This document shows, piece by piece, positions 38,608 through 54,869 of a DNA stretch of 64,000 nt. Position numbers and translations under genes: made by a program. Numbering within the stretch: the stretch's first letter is position 1; every line of letters starts with the position of its first letter. Below the pieces are notes generated by a model. That model had not been told where the DNA came from and made no database searches. It saw nothing but the letters and a program-made list of their open reading frames with translations. Source of the DNA: Octopus sinensis. Taxonomy: Eukaryota. Where the stretch lies: NCBI RefSeq assembly GCF_006345805.1, contig NW_021835963.1, forward strand, positions 62,001 through 126,000, given 5' to 3'.

Positions 38608-39545
38608 ACCCCAACCTCTCCGAGATCGAAGAAACCGCGGATGAGTCAAAGCAATGTGAAGACACTGTTGACCGTTTTCTTCGACTACAAGAAGATTGTT
38701 CATCATGAGTATGCTCCACTTGGTCAGACAATAAACAAGGAGTACTACTGTGACGTTTTGTGGCGTTTGCGCGATGCTATTCCTCGGAAAAAGCCACAAT
38801 TAAATGGGTCCGGGGAGTGGAAATTGCACCATGACAATGCACCTGCTCATTCAGTGCAGCTTGTGCAGCAGTTTTGGTTAGGAGTGGCTGTGTGGTAAGT
38901 AGCTTGCTAACTAACCACATGGTTCCGGGTTCAGTCTCACTGCGTGGCATCTTGGGCATGTGTCTTCTGCTATAGCCCCGGTCCGACCAATGCCTTGTGA
39001 GTGGATTTGGTAGACGGAAACTGAAAGAAGCTTGTCGTATATATGTATATATATATATATATATGTGGGTTTGTGTATCTGTGTTTGTCCTCCTAGCATT
39101 GCTTGACAACCGATGCTGGTGTGTTTACGTCCCCGTCACTTAGCGGTTCGGCAAAACAGACCGATAGAATAAGTACTGGGCTTACAAAGAATAAGTCCCG
39201 GGGTCGATTTGCTCGACTAAAGGCGATGCTCCAGCATGGCCACAGTCAAATGACTGAAACAAGTAAAAAAGAAAAAAAAGGAAAAAAGAAAATTCCCCAA
39301 GTCCGACTGTCACCGTATTCCCCGGATCTCGTCCCTGGCGACATTTTCCTCTTTCCAAAAATATCAGATGCGACGAGGCAGCTGCAGATTATCCCAGAAG
39401 ACGAGTTCCAGGAATGCTTCTATCAATGGAAACAGCGCTGGATTAAGTGCGTGGCTTCCGAAGGAGATTAAATGCCGAATTGGTAAGTGTCGAAGTTTTG
39501 TTTTTATAGCTCCAGTCCGGATATTTATTGATCAGACCTAGTATA
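38608..39545 (+). mobile_element. Mariner transposase remnant interrupted by SINE A (38878-~39280)
   Basis: LTVFFD...LHHDNAPAH and YSPDLVPGD motifs; ends ...CAGACC|TA. Confidence 0.85.
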
Positions 39546-40009
39546 TAATTGCTTGTAAAATACATTACTGCTTTATTCTTTAGACTGCTTCTTTTTCGGA
39601 TATATATGATCCACTAACGATGTGTGTGTGTGTGTATGTGTGCGTGTGTGTGTATGTGAGTGTGTATGTGTATGTGTGTGTGTCCATCACACCGATACTG
39701 GTATTTTTACGTCCCAGAAACTTAGCTGATTGGCAAAAGATAAACCGATAGAATAAGTACTAGGCTTACAAACGATAAGTATTTGGGTAGATTTGTTCGT
39801 CTAAAACCAGTCCAAGCGGTGCCCCAGCATGGCCGCAGTCAAATGGCTGAAAGAAAGAGAAGAATAGAATAATAAAATATTTCCAGTTCCAAGGGCAATA
39901 ACTCGAGTATGAGTTACAATGGCTCGGAAGAATTATTTACCTTGCACAAAGAAATGCTATTTGACATTCGCAAAAATATGTTCATGAATAAAAGCAGCGT
40001 CATTTCATG

Positions 40010-40500
40010 AATTGCTCTGAGATATCTAATAACCCCGAACGTTGTTCAGTGATACAACAACGAATAAGTGAAGCGTGCATTAAACGGACAGGAGAAACGG
40101 ACATCAAAAATACTGCAACAGCTCAGCTACTGGGAAAGGTTGAAACTGCTAAGACTCTACTCCCTGGAGAGAAGACGGGAGAGGTATGCAGTAATATACA
40201 TCTGGAAGATCCTGGAAGGAATTGTGCCAAATTTTGGCATTGAAAGCTACACCAATGCCAGAACAGGACGACATTGCATAGTGCCAAAAATCCCAGCAAT
40301 GCCATCACGCTTCAGGGCCAGTTACTGCAACAGCCTGGGTTTCAAGGGCCCACAGCGTTTTAATATTCTCCCAAAGAGTCTGAGGAACTTGCACAAAGTA
40401 GATGTAGGGGTTTTTAAATCAATGCTGGACCTCTTCCTGTCGAGAGTCCCAGATGAACCTACCTCACACAAGAGGTGCAACTGAGGGTAGCTATATCAAA
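40010..40500 (+). mobile_element. CR1-group LINE 3' fragment
   Basis: LSYWERLKLLRLYSLERRRERY...FNILP. Confidence 0.8.
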
Positions 40501-41047
40501 CTCCATTCTTCACCAAGTGCTACATATTAGAGGAGGCTCTTAGTAATAACAGCGTAGCACAAAACGGCGGTGCATCAGCATGGCCGCAGCTCTGAGCTGA
40601 AACTGGGGAAAAAAAATTTTAAATAAAGACAATATGAAATGTTGGCTTTAATGTTTGGCACAAGGCCAGCAATTTCGGAGCGGGATAAATCGATTATAGC
40701 TACCCCAACGCTCATCGGGTGCTTATTTTATCCACCCCGAAATGATGAAAGGCAAAATTAGCCCCAGTGGCATTTGAATACAGAATTATGATGATATCAT
40801 TATTATTAGACAGGAGAACGTTATCAAATTTAGAAATGCACCGTGATGGTGAATCAAAATGTTGGTCTCATTACTCCAGTTTCGAATTTCAGTTGCCGGT
40901 GCAGCTAGATTCATTCTTCATTAGAGATTCTTCGTCTCAGGTGTTTCAGTAATTTTATCTTCTTCTGGGTTTTTTTTTTCTATCGAAAATCTTTCATGAT
41001 AATGTAATTCATGTTTTCCAGTTGTAGTTGTGAAACTTTATAGTTTT

Positions 41048-41525
<478 letters not shown>

Positions 41526-42368
41526 GAGTATAATATAATCCTTTCTGTTATAGGCACAAGACCTAAAATTTCGTGGGAGGGGGCCAGACATTTCGATCGA
41601 TCTCAGTACGCAACTAGTACTTAATTTATTAATTTATTAATCCGGTGAAATTTGAACTCAGAACGTAAAGAGAGACGAAATATCGCTAAGCACTTCGCCC
41701 GACGTGCTAACGATTCTGCCAGCTTGCCACCTAATTGCCACCTAATTGTCATGTAATATAATGATTTCTAAAATGTTATTTTGTATATATATCTTCCTAT
41801 TTCCTAAACGCAATTATATTCATTCAAAATTCCCGAATGTTATTCACGTTGTGTGTAAACGTATATATTTTTCCATGTGGCTTTAAACCTATAAATTTTA
41901 AATGAAAACAAAAAAAGGACGATCACTTGAAGTTCATGCGACTTGAATGACAGACTGGTTACTCAATTAGAAGGAAATTACTATTAACAATCAGCTAGCG
42001 TGCAATTGATGGGAATTTTTAGGGGTTAAGATAATTTTGTAATAAATAAGAAAGAGTTGGTGCAAATTTAAAGGGAGAAGGTAATTTATTCAACATATAA
42101 ACGCTAAACCACAAATTGTGGTATTTTTGGTTCTAACTGAATTAGCGTGACTTGTATAAAGGCGACGTGTCGCAAATATGTTTTTTCTTTACTACCCACA
42201 AGGGGCTAAGCACAGAGGGGATAAACAAGGACAGACAAAGGGATTAAGTCGATTACATCGACCCCAGTGCGTAACTGGTACTCAATTTATCGACCCCGAA
42301 AGGATGAAAGGCAAAGTCGATCTTGGCGGAATTTGAACTCGGAACCTAACGACAGACGAAATACGGGT

Positions 42369-42467
<99 letters not shown>

Positions 42468-42468
42468 A

Positions 42469-42860
<392 letters not shown>

Positions 42861-43766
42861 ATATATATATTTATATATATATATATATATAAGCAAATCA
42901 GCATATTTTAAACAAATTGTTCTAAAACAAGAAAATATATAAACCGTATTGTATGGTCACACATTTAATAAAAGCTTGCCCTAAATAGGAAAACTGTGTC
43001 AACGTTTAGGACAGGGAATCAAAGAGATCACAGACGGACATCACATTTATAAGCATCCGCAGTGTTACTGGCATTTGGTTGGTTATGACGACAACGGTTC
43101 CAGTTGATCCGATCAACGGAACAGCCTGCTTGTGAAAATAACCAGAAAGTGGCTGAGCACATCCTTAACGTAGTTCTAATTTAAACAGGGCAGGGCCTGT
43201 TGAGGAAAAGAAATTATGTTGCAGTGTAACTATGTGCTGTGATCCTGAATTGGGCAGGAGACGTATGGCTCGTGGTCCCATCCTTGGATGAACCTTGAAA
43301 CTAATGCTAGAACCAATCGTAAATGTGTTAATGTCTGAATATACATATATATACATGTCTGAATATACATAATATACATATAAAGTCCGGTCGTCGACTT
43401 TATACAGCATTGCATACAGAGAACGAAATCTTTTCAGATTTTACTGCCTGTTCTTATCGGATACAATAGCACAATAGAAAAAAAAACTGCATAAAATTTT
43501 AATCAAATACTGAGTTGTTTTTCTGGAGGTAACTTGATCCTATAATTTTAGTCAATGAAAAAAGAAAAAGTAGGTTTCTGGATTACAATTGTTTTCATTA
43601 GCCGGTTAGTTTATTACATTTCAGAACCTTGCTTTGCAGATAAATGCTTTCCTGGGTTCAGTCTCACCTCGAGGCAACTTGAACAAGTGTTATTCTAACA
43701 ATAGTTCCAAACAGACCAATGCAATGCGAGTGAATTTCGCACATGGAAGCTGTGGGGAAGCCCGAC

Positions 43767-43857
<91 letters not shown>

Positions 43858-45388
43858 CCTTCATACAGGTTGGGGCATGTTCTACAGTGTGGACATCCAC
43901 ATTTTTTAACCAGTGGAGACCGCAGAAGAACACTAACTGAGAGACAATATCCACCCTCACTTATAGGCGATGGAATTAAACGTTCTATGAAATTAGGCAT
44001 TAAAACACTAAGGGAAACAAAACGTAACACCACACCACATCTCAAAACACTGCCGTAGATATCAACGCAGAATCGTAGAAACAATGAGGCATGCAACACT
44101 ATTGTACAAAATTCATCTATGCTCAGTAGGGTTCCAAAACTGAACAACATTCTGAAAACATATAACTTCATCAACTGCAAAAAAGCAACACAAACCGCTG
44201 AAAAGAGTTCTGACAAATGCCAAGCTTTTCACAACAATCACGAAGCAAATGGCTAAAAAGTGTGGACGTCGAAACTGTGGAACATAACCTAACCTACAAG
44301 AAGGCTCGGATTTCCTATTCAAATAAGGAGAGAGGTTCACAATTAAAACCAACTTCACATGTGCTTCCGAGAATTTAATTTATGTTTTAATTTGTTCGGG
44401 TTGTGGATATAACTATATAGGACAGACAAGAATGGCACTCTGACGGAGAACCACACTACATAAGGAATAGATCCGTTTACTACAGTAGAGACAGATTCCT
44501 TTGAGCGAACACATAGAGAGATGTGCAGGTGATATCCAACCAAACTTCATTTTTTCCCATCTACCAGTGCAAAAAAACAACTTCTCTACAAGAACGTTAA
44601 ATAAATAAAATTTATTTACCAAAAAAATACAATTTACGCCTGCATGGGAACGCATAACCAACTTTATTTTCAGTATATATTTCAATCCATGTTCACATAC
44701 ACATCACTGTAAATATTTCATCTCACTATTTTAGCTTTTGAGTTTTTGTATATTTATTTATCCCTCCTAAAAAAAAACGAGCAATTACCTTCCCTGTCCT
44801 GAATAATAACATGCACAATTACCTCTCCCTAGATTTTTCTACCTGTTGATTCCTTTTATTCAGAAACACTCAAACACAACATGGATTAAAATCTTCTTAA
44901 GAAAATGCGAAATTACAATAATTTCAATGTCACGATGAGCAAAAGTGAAACCAGTAGACAAACAATACTCTTTCACTTATAAAATATATCAAAAATATAT
45001 ATAAAAAGTATATAATCTGTGGGTATTTTCCTTCTTTTATTTTATATATATATTTTGTAATAGAAACTTTTGAAATAGAAAGACAGGGTTTATGTCGCAG
45101 CCGTCTTGCTTCTGACTAGTGTTTGAAGCTTGCCTTATTTTTAGAGGGAGTTCATGGCTCAGATTAGTATATGTTTTGAATAGGACTTGATTGGTAGAGG
45201 GTAGTCACATGACTGGTCTTAGAAATTTTTGTTGGTTCTCCACTACGTCCGTGTGTTAGTATCACTTGACAACATACTAACACATATGAACGCACTAACA
45301 TACGAACTTCCTATAAAATAGGGTTAAATCTTGATATATAATGATAAAGAATATTTCAACTATTCTCTGCATTTTTAACTCCCATTTT

Positions 45389-45520
<132 letters not shown>

Positions 45521-45898
45521 TATAAAAGGCTCCCAAATAAGGAAGCTTAGTGCTAGAGACACAAAGAGGGATAAATTCATGGAGAGAGTGAAAATCAAAA
45601 ACATTTACCATTAACGATATATCCCGACTGATCAGTTTCTACCTCTTTCTACATTTTTGATTTTCCCTCTCTCCATGAATTTATATATATATATATATAG
45701 TTAACCCAAACATGAAAACACAGAGAGAAAACAACAACGTGAGGAACTGGAACAAGTATGGTGTTATTGGACGCTCAGGAAGGAAAAAAAGAAGGAGGAT
45801 TTAACGTTTCAAGCGGAGCTCTTCGTCAGAAACATAGAAAAAGGAAAGATCAAAGGAATGGAAGAAGGAGGAAAAAATCGCCAACGATATACACACGG

Positions 45899-45936
<38 letters not shown>

Positions 45937-47249
45937 TTATATTAATGACTCTTCAATTTTCCTCGTTTGATCGGTTTTTCTTTTTCCTCTTCTGGGCTTT
46001 TAGTTGATTTCGAACATCGTTCATTGTGGTTGGCATCTGTAAATATTGAGTTTCTGGCATAAAGATCAAAAGAAAAACACTGGCAAGGGATCCAACACCG
46101 AATATTGTTCCAGGTAGCCAAGGAACGTAGAGCATCTAGATAGCAGAGAGAAAACAAGCAGAATTATTCATTGAAATGGCTACGCGAAACACAGGTTAAA
46201 TTCTTATAGTCATGGTGGTTCTAATTTTGGTACTAAAGTAGTAATTTTGTAGGGAGGGGTAAGTCTGTTATATTGATCCTTAGGGATCAACTGGTGCTTA
46301 CTTCACCCACGCCAGATGGATGAAAAGTAAAAATAAATCCAGTGGAATTTGAACCCAGAACATAAAAAGGTGGAAGAAAGGCCACTAAAAAAAAATTGTC
46401 CGCCACGCTAACGATTCTGCCAACTTGAAACTTCGAACACTTCTTGTATTAAATTTTTTTGTTTAAATTTAAATTTAAATTTAAATTTTTTGTTTGTCTT
46501 GTGTATCCTACGCAGAACGTATATTCCTACTGTCCATGCTTTATATGTGATACACTCAAATTTTACCAAATTCTTTTCAATGAATATATCTAAGAAACAA
46601 AAATGGGATTTAAAAGTACTGGCAGAGATCAAGCAAGCTCTCAGTATAAGGAATAAGGTGAAATTTCCCATAAATAGATACCAGTAAATGTATGTAGAAT
46701 AAAGATCCGAGGAAAACCCACGTGTATGACAGGTAAAATCCAACAATCCTTATGCAGAATTTCAAGAGATTTAGAGTATTAACAACTAACAATGTTCGAA
46801 GAAAATCATGTCTGTATTTTAGATTTCACCTTAAAATCCAACAATGTTGTTAGCAAAGAACAAAATGTAGGAATATCTGAAGAAGGAATTTTTATTCAGA
46901 AATATTATATCAGATTATGGATGATTAAATAACAACAGTTTTTATAGCCCATTGTTTGTATCATAGTGCATTGTTGTTGCATTCAAAACATTTCATTCTT
47001 TACAAAGAAAATACAATGCTTCAAGCGAACTACAATACTCTCCTGATATTCTTTGCGTTTTTTGACCAATTTGGATTACCTTGATAATGTTGTGTTGTCA
47101 TAAATTTTCGTACATATTATTATTAATCTTAATAATAATAATATGTGTGTGCATGTATGTGCGTGTGTGTGTGTGTATGAATATATATATATATAAATGG
47201 CGGTGCCCCAGCATGGCCACAGCTCATGAGCTGAAACTAGAATCAATCA

Positions 47250-47338
<89 letters not shown>

Positions 47339-47339
47339 A

Positions 47340-47375
<36 letters not shown>

Positions 47376-48369
47376 TGTATGTATGTATGCATACTAGGGT
47401 GAAGCGGAAAAGCTTCTTTTTTCACAGAGTTTCAGAATATGTTTTAAGAATATATTTTGTATTGTAAAATTCTGTATAAACCACTGTGTTAAAATCAGAA
47501 GTTCTTATCTTTACATCTTCAGGCTCCACAGCCCACTTGAAATTTTGAATAATGAGCAAAAAAATCAATTTATAACACGTTTGCCTTTCTTCATTTTATT
47601 TTTACATTCATTGTTACGAATCGATTTTCTTTTGCGAAATTCTTTAAAATTAAGAGTATTACAATCTGAAGCTCTAAAGTTTATATCTTTAAGCTCCGCA
47701 GTGCATTTGACTCTGCACTACCAGGAGAAATGAGAAAGGAGACATCCAAACAGAGTCATATTTGGATTTTCCAAATGTATGTTTGTGTGTCCCGTCTGTG
47801 TTTGAAATTGTTGAGCGATCAAATGATCGGAAAACGAAGAAAATGGACCTCTTTGTCTTCACTTTTAGTATTTCTGTTTCCGACAAGTCGTCTCGATCAT
47901 TGAATATAAAACTGATCGTTTCTTAGACGATCTGAAGTTAGATATATGTGTTTTATTTCACAATTAACAATTGAAATCTGGTCCGATACATACATGCATG
48001 CGTACATACGTAAATACATACATGTATTTATGTATGTATGTCGCATGGTCGGGCCGTCGGCGACTAAACCGGCAACCCTACCAAGCTTGCTTGGTGAGGA
48101 AGGTGTTTATTGGACACCCTGCGGGATGAAAAACAAAACCCGTCAAAGGGCGGAGGAACTCTTGAGAGTCAACGGCCATCCAATAAATGTGTAATTATAT
48201 ATTTACTGTATATCTACCTTTTTCTCGCTAATATTTATATATTGTATATTTTTATAGCTTGCTCATTATATAATTTTTTAAATACATACATACATACATA
48301 CATACATGTATGCATGCATACATACATACATACACACACATAAATATACATACATACATACATATATCA

Positions 48370-48400
<31 letters not shown>

Positions 48401-48769
48401 CATACATACATACATACATACATGCATACATATATAACATACATACATACATACATGCATACATACATACATACATACATACATACATACATACATACAT
48501 ACATACATACATACATACATACATGCATACATATATGCCTACATTCATTCGTTCATTCATTCATAGATGCATATTTACATCTGTACATACACATACATTC
48601 AAATACATATGTCTATTTTGTGAGTTTAAAAAATGTATAACAAAAGCTATTTCGTATGTATCTAAATAACTATCTAATTGATCTTAGGGTGTATTTCTAT
48701 ACATTATACATGCAGGAAAATCACTCCAATTTGAAGAAACTTGGCCTGCGTAAAACAAAAAATAGCAAA

Positions 48770-48990
48770 CTCTTTAATTGTCACCATAAGATGTTACGAT
48801 GGGGCGCAAAAATTTCTGGAACAAATGAGCAAGATGCTCATAAAAATCTAATATAGGCTTATATAGCGATGATGGCCTAACCATTTCCGGCTATGAACGT
48901 GGCAAATTTAGAAGAAATATAACAAAGACCTTTAAACAATTCGACATAAAAATAACAGTAGACGCCAACAAATCTCTGATAAACTACCTT
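48770..48990 (+). mobile_element. Decayed PLE RT core, possibly Naiad-type
   Basis: VTIRCYDGA...IGLYSDDGL across frameshifts. Confidence 0.45.
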
Positions 48991-49031
48991 AACGCTCGAA
49001 ACACACCTTGCTAGCTCTTAGAGTTACCGGA

Positions 49032-49190
49032 TTGTAGGATATGCGTTTCTGCGTTGTTGCACATCATCAGCTGTAGATATAATAAATTTGCTGGAATTGG
49101 TTAATCAGTGGTGCACTTAGCAGTCATGACCTATGGATTCAGTGTCTGTAGCTTATGAAGTGTAACGATGCAGAAACGTGTATCCTACAA
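49032..49190. mobile_element. MITE-like element with ~31-bp imperfect TIR
   Basis: TTGTAGGATATGCGTTTCTGC... / ...GCAGAAACGTGTATCCTACAA. Confidence 0.55.
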
Positions 49191-51037
49191 ACCCCATTCG
49201 TAGTCCAGCGTGGTGCATTTTCCATGTTTGAGTGTTCACAAGCGTGTTGTATACAATTTTATTTTGACCAACACTACTTATTGTACCTCTAATTAATTGA
49301 CTCCAGCCTAACAAATTTTTGTCTGCTTCCACAAATTTTTGTCTGCTTCAAAATAAGAATGACAGTACATAATGAACTACTAACGAAACATTTAGTAGCT
49401 CATAAGCGGAACGATGTGGAGACAAGTGTCTTCCCCTTCCGAGACAGTTTCCGTTTCCGCAGCGGTGGTCTTTCTACGTTTGATAGGACGCGAACGTATA
49501 AAATACAAATCACAGAACTTTATTATAATTTTCGCTCCTTAATGTACCTCCTGTATATATAGATATAGGCAGTGCTCCAGCATGACACGAGTAACAGAAT
49601 AAAAGAATATATATATATATATAAATGCATAAATATATATATATATATATTCATATGTGCGCCTGTGCTTGTGTATGTGTGAGTGTATGTTTTGGAGGTA
49701 ATATTCTCGCCTGAAGATCGCAGATGCCTGAAACGTGATTCAAGCGACCAACACTATTTCAGTTTCAATAAAAAAAAAACTATATTTTCTACATATATTG
49801 AACACTCCTTTTTCCTCCTCCGTCATAAATCAACGTATACACACACGCACGCACACACCTACACACACGCACGCACTAACGCACACACTCATACACACAC
49901 ATATGTATGCGATGTGGGTATGCACGAACATATGTATATATACATCGACAAATGTAGTATCAGAACATTGCGTAAACTTACCCTATAAAGAATAGGATTA
50001 TGGTAATTCTTCTAGCCAAGGGATCTTTAAATATTGTGTGGAATCCTTCTTCTTTGATCTCAGCTTGTTGAGTCAAGTCCTCTTTCGAAGGGGTCCCTTT
50101 ACTGTTTCCGCTGCTCATTAATGGAATCAAAGATGACTTCATGATATTTTCCCAGATACGATCAAAATCGACACCGTTGTACTTGGCGGCTTTTTTGATG
50201 ATTTTCTTCGATCGTTCCACGAAACCATTTGTCACCACCCATCTTAAAGATTCCTCAAGGAACCTGTTTATTGGGGTAAAAAAATGAAAGAATAAGAGAA
50301 TGAATGAATAAGTAAATGAGTGAATGAAAGAATGAAAATGTTTATTTTTCGAGATGAAGAACAATAAAGATAAAATTATGAAGAAATAAGAGGAGGAGAA
50401 AGGAGAAGTAAAAACTAGCAACAGCAGGGGTTGCAGTAAGGGTGCTAGACTGAAACGGCAGCAACAGGAAGTAGCAGCAGCAGTAACAGCAGCAGCACTG
50501 TTGCTGCTGCATTTTCAAGGGTCTGGGGGCAGTTATGATCAATGTATGCTGTGGCTGGCTTGCTGTCAATAAATGCTGTAGGGCCGAATGCATTGATTTG
50601 ACTGGGGCTTATGATACTCTTAAGATGGATAGTAGTAGTAGTAGTAGCAGCAGCATTGAAGGCACGTGGCTTTGTGGTTAGGGTAATCGGCTCAAGATCG
50701 TGAGGTCGTGAGTTCGATAACCAGCAGCGCATTATGTCCTTCAGCAAGACACTTTATTTCACATTGCACTTATCCAATCAGCTAGCAAAAATGTGTAGCA
50801 CCTGTATATCAAAAGAGGCCAGAATTGTCAGATTCGGTGTCATGCTGAATCTCCCTGAGAACTACGTTATGGGTACACGTGTCTATGGTGTACTCAGCCA
50901 CATGCACGTTAATTTCAAGAGCAGATTGTTCCGTTGATCGGATGAACTGGAGCCGTCGTCGTCGTAACCGACAGAGTGCCGAGGAGAAGAAGAAGAAGAA
51001 GAAGAAGAAGAAGAAGAAGAAGAAGAAGAGGTAGTAA

Positions 51038-51094
<57 letters not shown>

Positions 51095-51329
51095 CAACAG
51101 CAGCAGTAGTAGTATGAAGAAGCGTGACTAAGAGCAAAAGGGACGCTGAGAAAAAATAAAAATAAAAATAAAACATTTTATCAACCACATGGTTCCGGGT
51201 TCATTCCCACTGCGTGGCACCTTGTGCAAGTGTCTTCTACTATAGCTTCGTGCTGATCAAAGCCTTGTGAGTGGATTTGGTAGACGGAAACTGAAAGAAG
51301 CCCGTCGTATATATGTATATATATTTATA

Positions 51330-51372
<43 letters not shown>

Positions 51373-51811
51373 ATGTGTTTGTGTTTGTCCTCCCCCCAGC
51401 ATCGCTTGACAACCGACGGTGGTGTGTTTATGTCCCCGTAACTTAACGGTTCGGCAAAGGAGACCGCTAGAATAAGTACTAGGCTTGAAAAGAATGCGTG
51501 CTGGAGTCGATTTGCTCGACTAAAAGCGGTGCTCCAATTGGCCACAGTCAACCGACTGAAACAAGTAAATGAGTAAAAGAGTAATAAAAATCAAATCTTA
51601 CCAGAATTGAAATAATACAACGGCGTTTGAAGATGAGAAGATGATGTTATTTATTCTCCAGTTGTAACTTCGAAGCAAATAAGCAACAGGACCGAATGGC
51701 ACGACGCACAAACCCCACACGACACCGGTCAAGCCGCACATTAATGTCTTGCTAGAGACTGTAAAATGCTCCAGCATTATCGTAACACAAGCTACTGAGA
51801 CGCCCTATGAA

Positions 51812-51850
<39 letters not shown>

Positions 51851-53111
51851 CGGTTTCGAATTTCGCCACAAGGGCAGCAATTTTGGGGGAGGGCATGAGT
51901 CGACAACATCGACCCCAGTCTTCAACTGGTATGTATTTTATCAACTCTCGAAGGATGAAAGGCAAAGTCGGCTTCGGCGGAATTTGAACTCAGAACGTAT
52001 GGACAGGCGAAATACCTATTTCTTTATTACCCACATGGGGCTAAACACAGAGGGGACAAACAAGGACAGACATAGGTATTAAGTCGATTAAATCGACCCC
52101 AGTGCGTAACTGGTATGCATTTTATCGACCCCGAAAGGATGAAAGGCAAAGTCGACCTCGGCGGAATTCGAACTCACAACGTAACGCAGACGAAATACCG
52201 CTAAGCACATAGTCCAGCGAGTTAACGATTCTGCCAGCTATTATAAGAATGATATTAATAATAATATTAATAATAGAAGCACTCATATGCGCAGATCAAG
52301 AACAAGCGTTAAGGACCAATTATATGAAGTGCAGTATAGACAACACTGCCGATAGCGACAAATGCAGAATGTGTGGTGAAAGGGCTGAAACGGTATGGCA
52401 CATTGTTAACGAATGCCCGAAATTGGCACAGCTCGAATACAAAAGACACCATGACAATGTGGCAAGAATGATCCATTGGGAGCTCTGTGGAAATCAGGGC
52501 CTACAAAGAGCAAAAACGTGGTATCAGCAAACTCCAGAAGGAGTAACTGAAAATGAGAATTGCAAAATCCTGTGGGATGCAATGATCCATTGCGATCATT
52601 TGACCAGACATCGGAAACGGGGCATTGTTGTGGTGAATAAAAAAGAAAGAACGTGTGTGATGATCGATATACCATGCCCCGGTGACAGAAGGATCTATAT
52701 GAAAGAAGAAGGAAAAATAAACAACTATTACGATTTAAACCGAGAAATACGATGTATCAATACCAACAGATGACAACGTTTCTCTAAAAGAAACGGAGAA
52801 ACTTTCAAAATACAAAGACCTGGAAATAGAGGTAACTTGAATGTGGAGTCTAAAACCAGAAACAATTTCTATCATAGTAGGGGCATTAGGTACGATAAAT
52901 AGATAACAAAAACACCAGGAGTTACAAATATATATAACATACAGAAAATAGCTCTACTAGGCACCGTGCACATCCTACCTAAAACACTTTCAATACAGTG
53001 AAAATTAGAGCATCACAACAAACCATAACACATACCCAGAGCACACTGAACTGCGCTCGGTAGAGCAGTGAAAGCACGTGATGAAGATAAGACTACTAAA
53101 TAATGATGATG

Positions 53112-53163
<52 letters not shown>

Positions 53164-54803
53164 GAAAAGAAGAAGAAGAAGAAGAAGAAGAAGAAGAAGA
53201 AGAAGAAGAAGAAGAAGAAGAAGAAGAAGAAGAAGAAGAAGAAGAAGAAGAAGAAGAAGAAGAAGAATAGTACCAAATAGTGGCTCTCGTGGCTTCTTAT
53301 CTTGGAAGTGTTTTTGTCTTGGTATAAGAGATGGGCTACAGCAAATATTCTGCTCAACAGCACAGATTTGCTTGTCAGTTGTTTGACCTTAACCAGTTGA
53401 GCATGTCCCTTGGTGGATGATGATATGTGCATCTCTGATCACGAGCAGAAGTAGTGGGGGAGCATCATAGCCATGTGTTGAGAGGAATTCTTTGGAGTTT
53501 GGATAATTCACCTTTGGAAACATGGGTGTTTCGTTCAACATCCTTAAACAAACCTTATTCAGGGACCTTTTGTGTGGGTTGGACTACTTGACTTGAAGAA
53601 AATTCTAACTGGGCCTCAACCTGTAAGGTCTTGTTTATCTTGATATGAGATGACCATGGGAAAGGGGGATTGTCAGCTACATCGACTCTTTTCTCGATTC
53701 ATTCATTCAAAATAAGATGTAGTAAATGTTAATACTTTACCTGAATAAAAATACCTTCAATTCCCCGTAATACTGCAAACACAATATAATTTGGAGAAAA
53801 TGACGATCCGATGCTGAAGATTAACGAAAGAATACCACACAACACCAAAGTCGGTTTACGTCCTCTTGTATCGGAAAGGTAAGGCATGCTTAAGGAACCA
53901 ACCACGCCTCCAACGGCATATAGAGTTTGGGTGAGTTCAGCCAGACCAGCTTTGTCGCAGACAAGATCCCACTGAAATGGAAGTGGAACATATATAGAAC
54001 ACAAATAAAGAGAATAGAAGGAATTTGATTTGGGAAGGTGTTAATATCTATATTTCCTAATTCCCCTTAAAAACAGGCTCATTCAAGGGTGTTCTTTGAA
54101 CTTTTATGTCCTGTTTCTCCAACTATGTACAGTTCCTTAAGAAAGAACCAAAGATTAGCATTATTTACTTAGCAAAACGAAACATTGTAATTAAAGCCTT
54201 TATTAAAGAAAAGAATCACAATTGTAAATTACTCTGAGGTTCCATTCATATAAAAACAACAGATTTTTTTGTTCTATTTTGTTTCCTTGCTGTGTCTGAA
54301 TAAAGGGGCAAAGTTCATAACGTTTGTAGGCCCTCCTCTGTACGAGAATGATAAGATTAACATCATCAATATTCTGTTGTGTGTCAATACCTGCAGAAAA
54401 GACCTAAGCGGGAAAAATATTCCAGTGGGACGATGTTCTGGTGATGAAGAATTAGACATAATGGTAAGTCTTTGGGATGTGATTAAAGCATAACTAATAC
54501 AAGGAGCAATAAAGAAGTTAATTTGATATAATTATGTAATGAGGAAAAGACGTCGGCTCAACGACTAATAATTTAATCATTTCGACAATTATGGGTATCA
54601 ACTCAGACCGTGTTTTGACCTTATCATGTCCTCATCAGTGAAACATAGACAGCATTTTACTTGTCCGGAGTAAATGAGGAGTGTATCACTATGCAGGATT
54701 ACGATATTGTAACCACAATGAATTTGAACTCAGAACGTTATGACGGGCGAAATACCGCTAAGCATTTCGTCCAGCGTGCTAACAATTCTACCAGTTCACC
54801 GTC

Positions 54804-54869
<66 letters not shown>

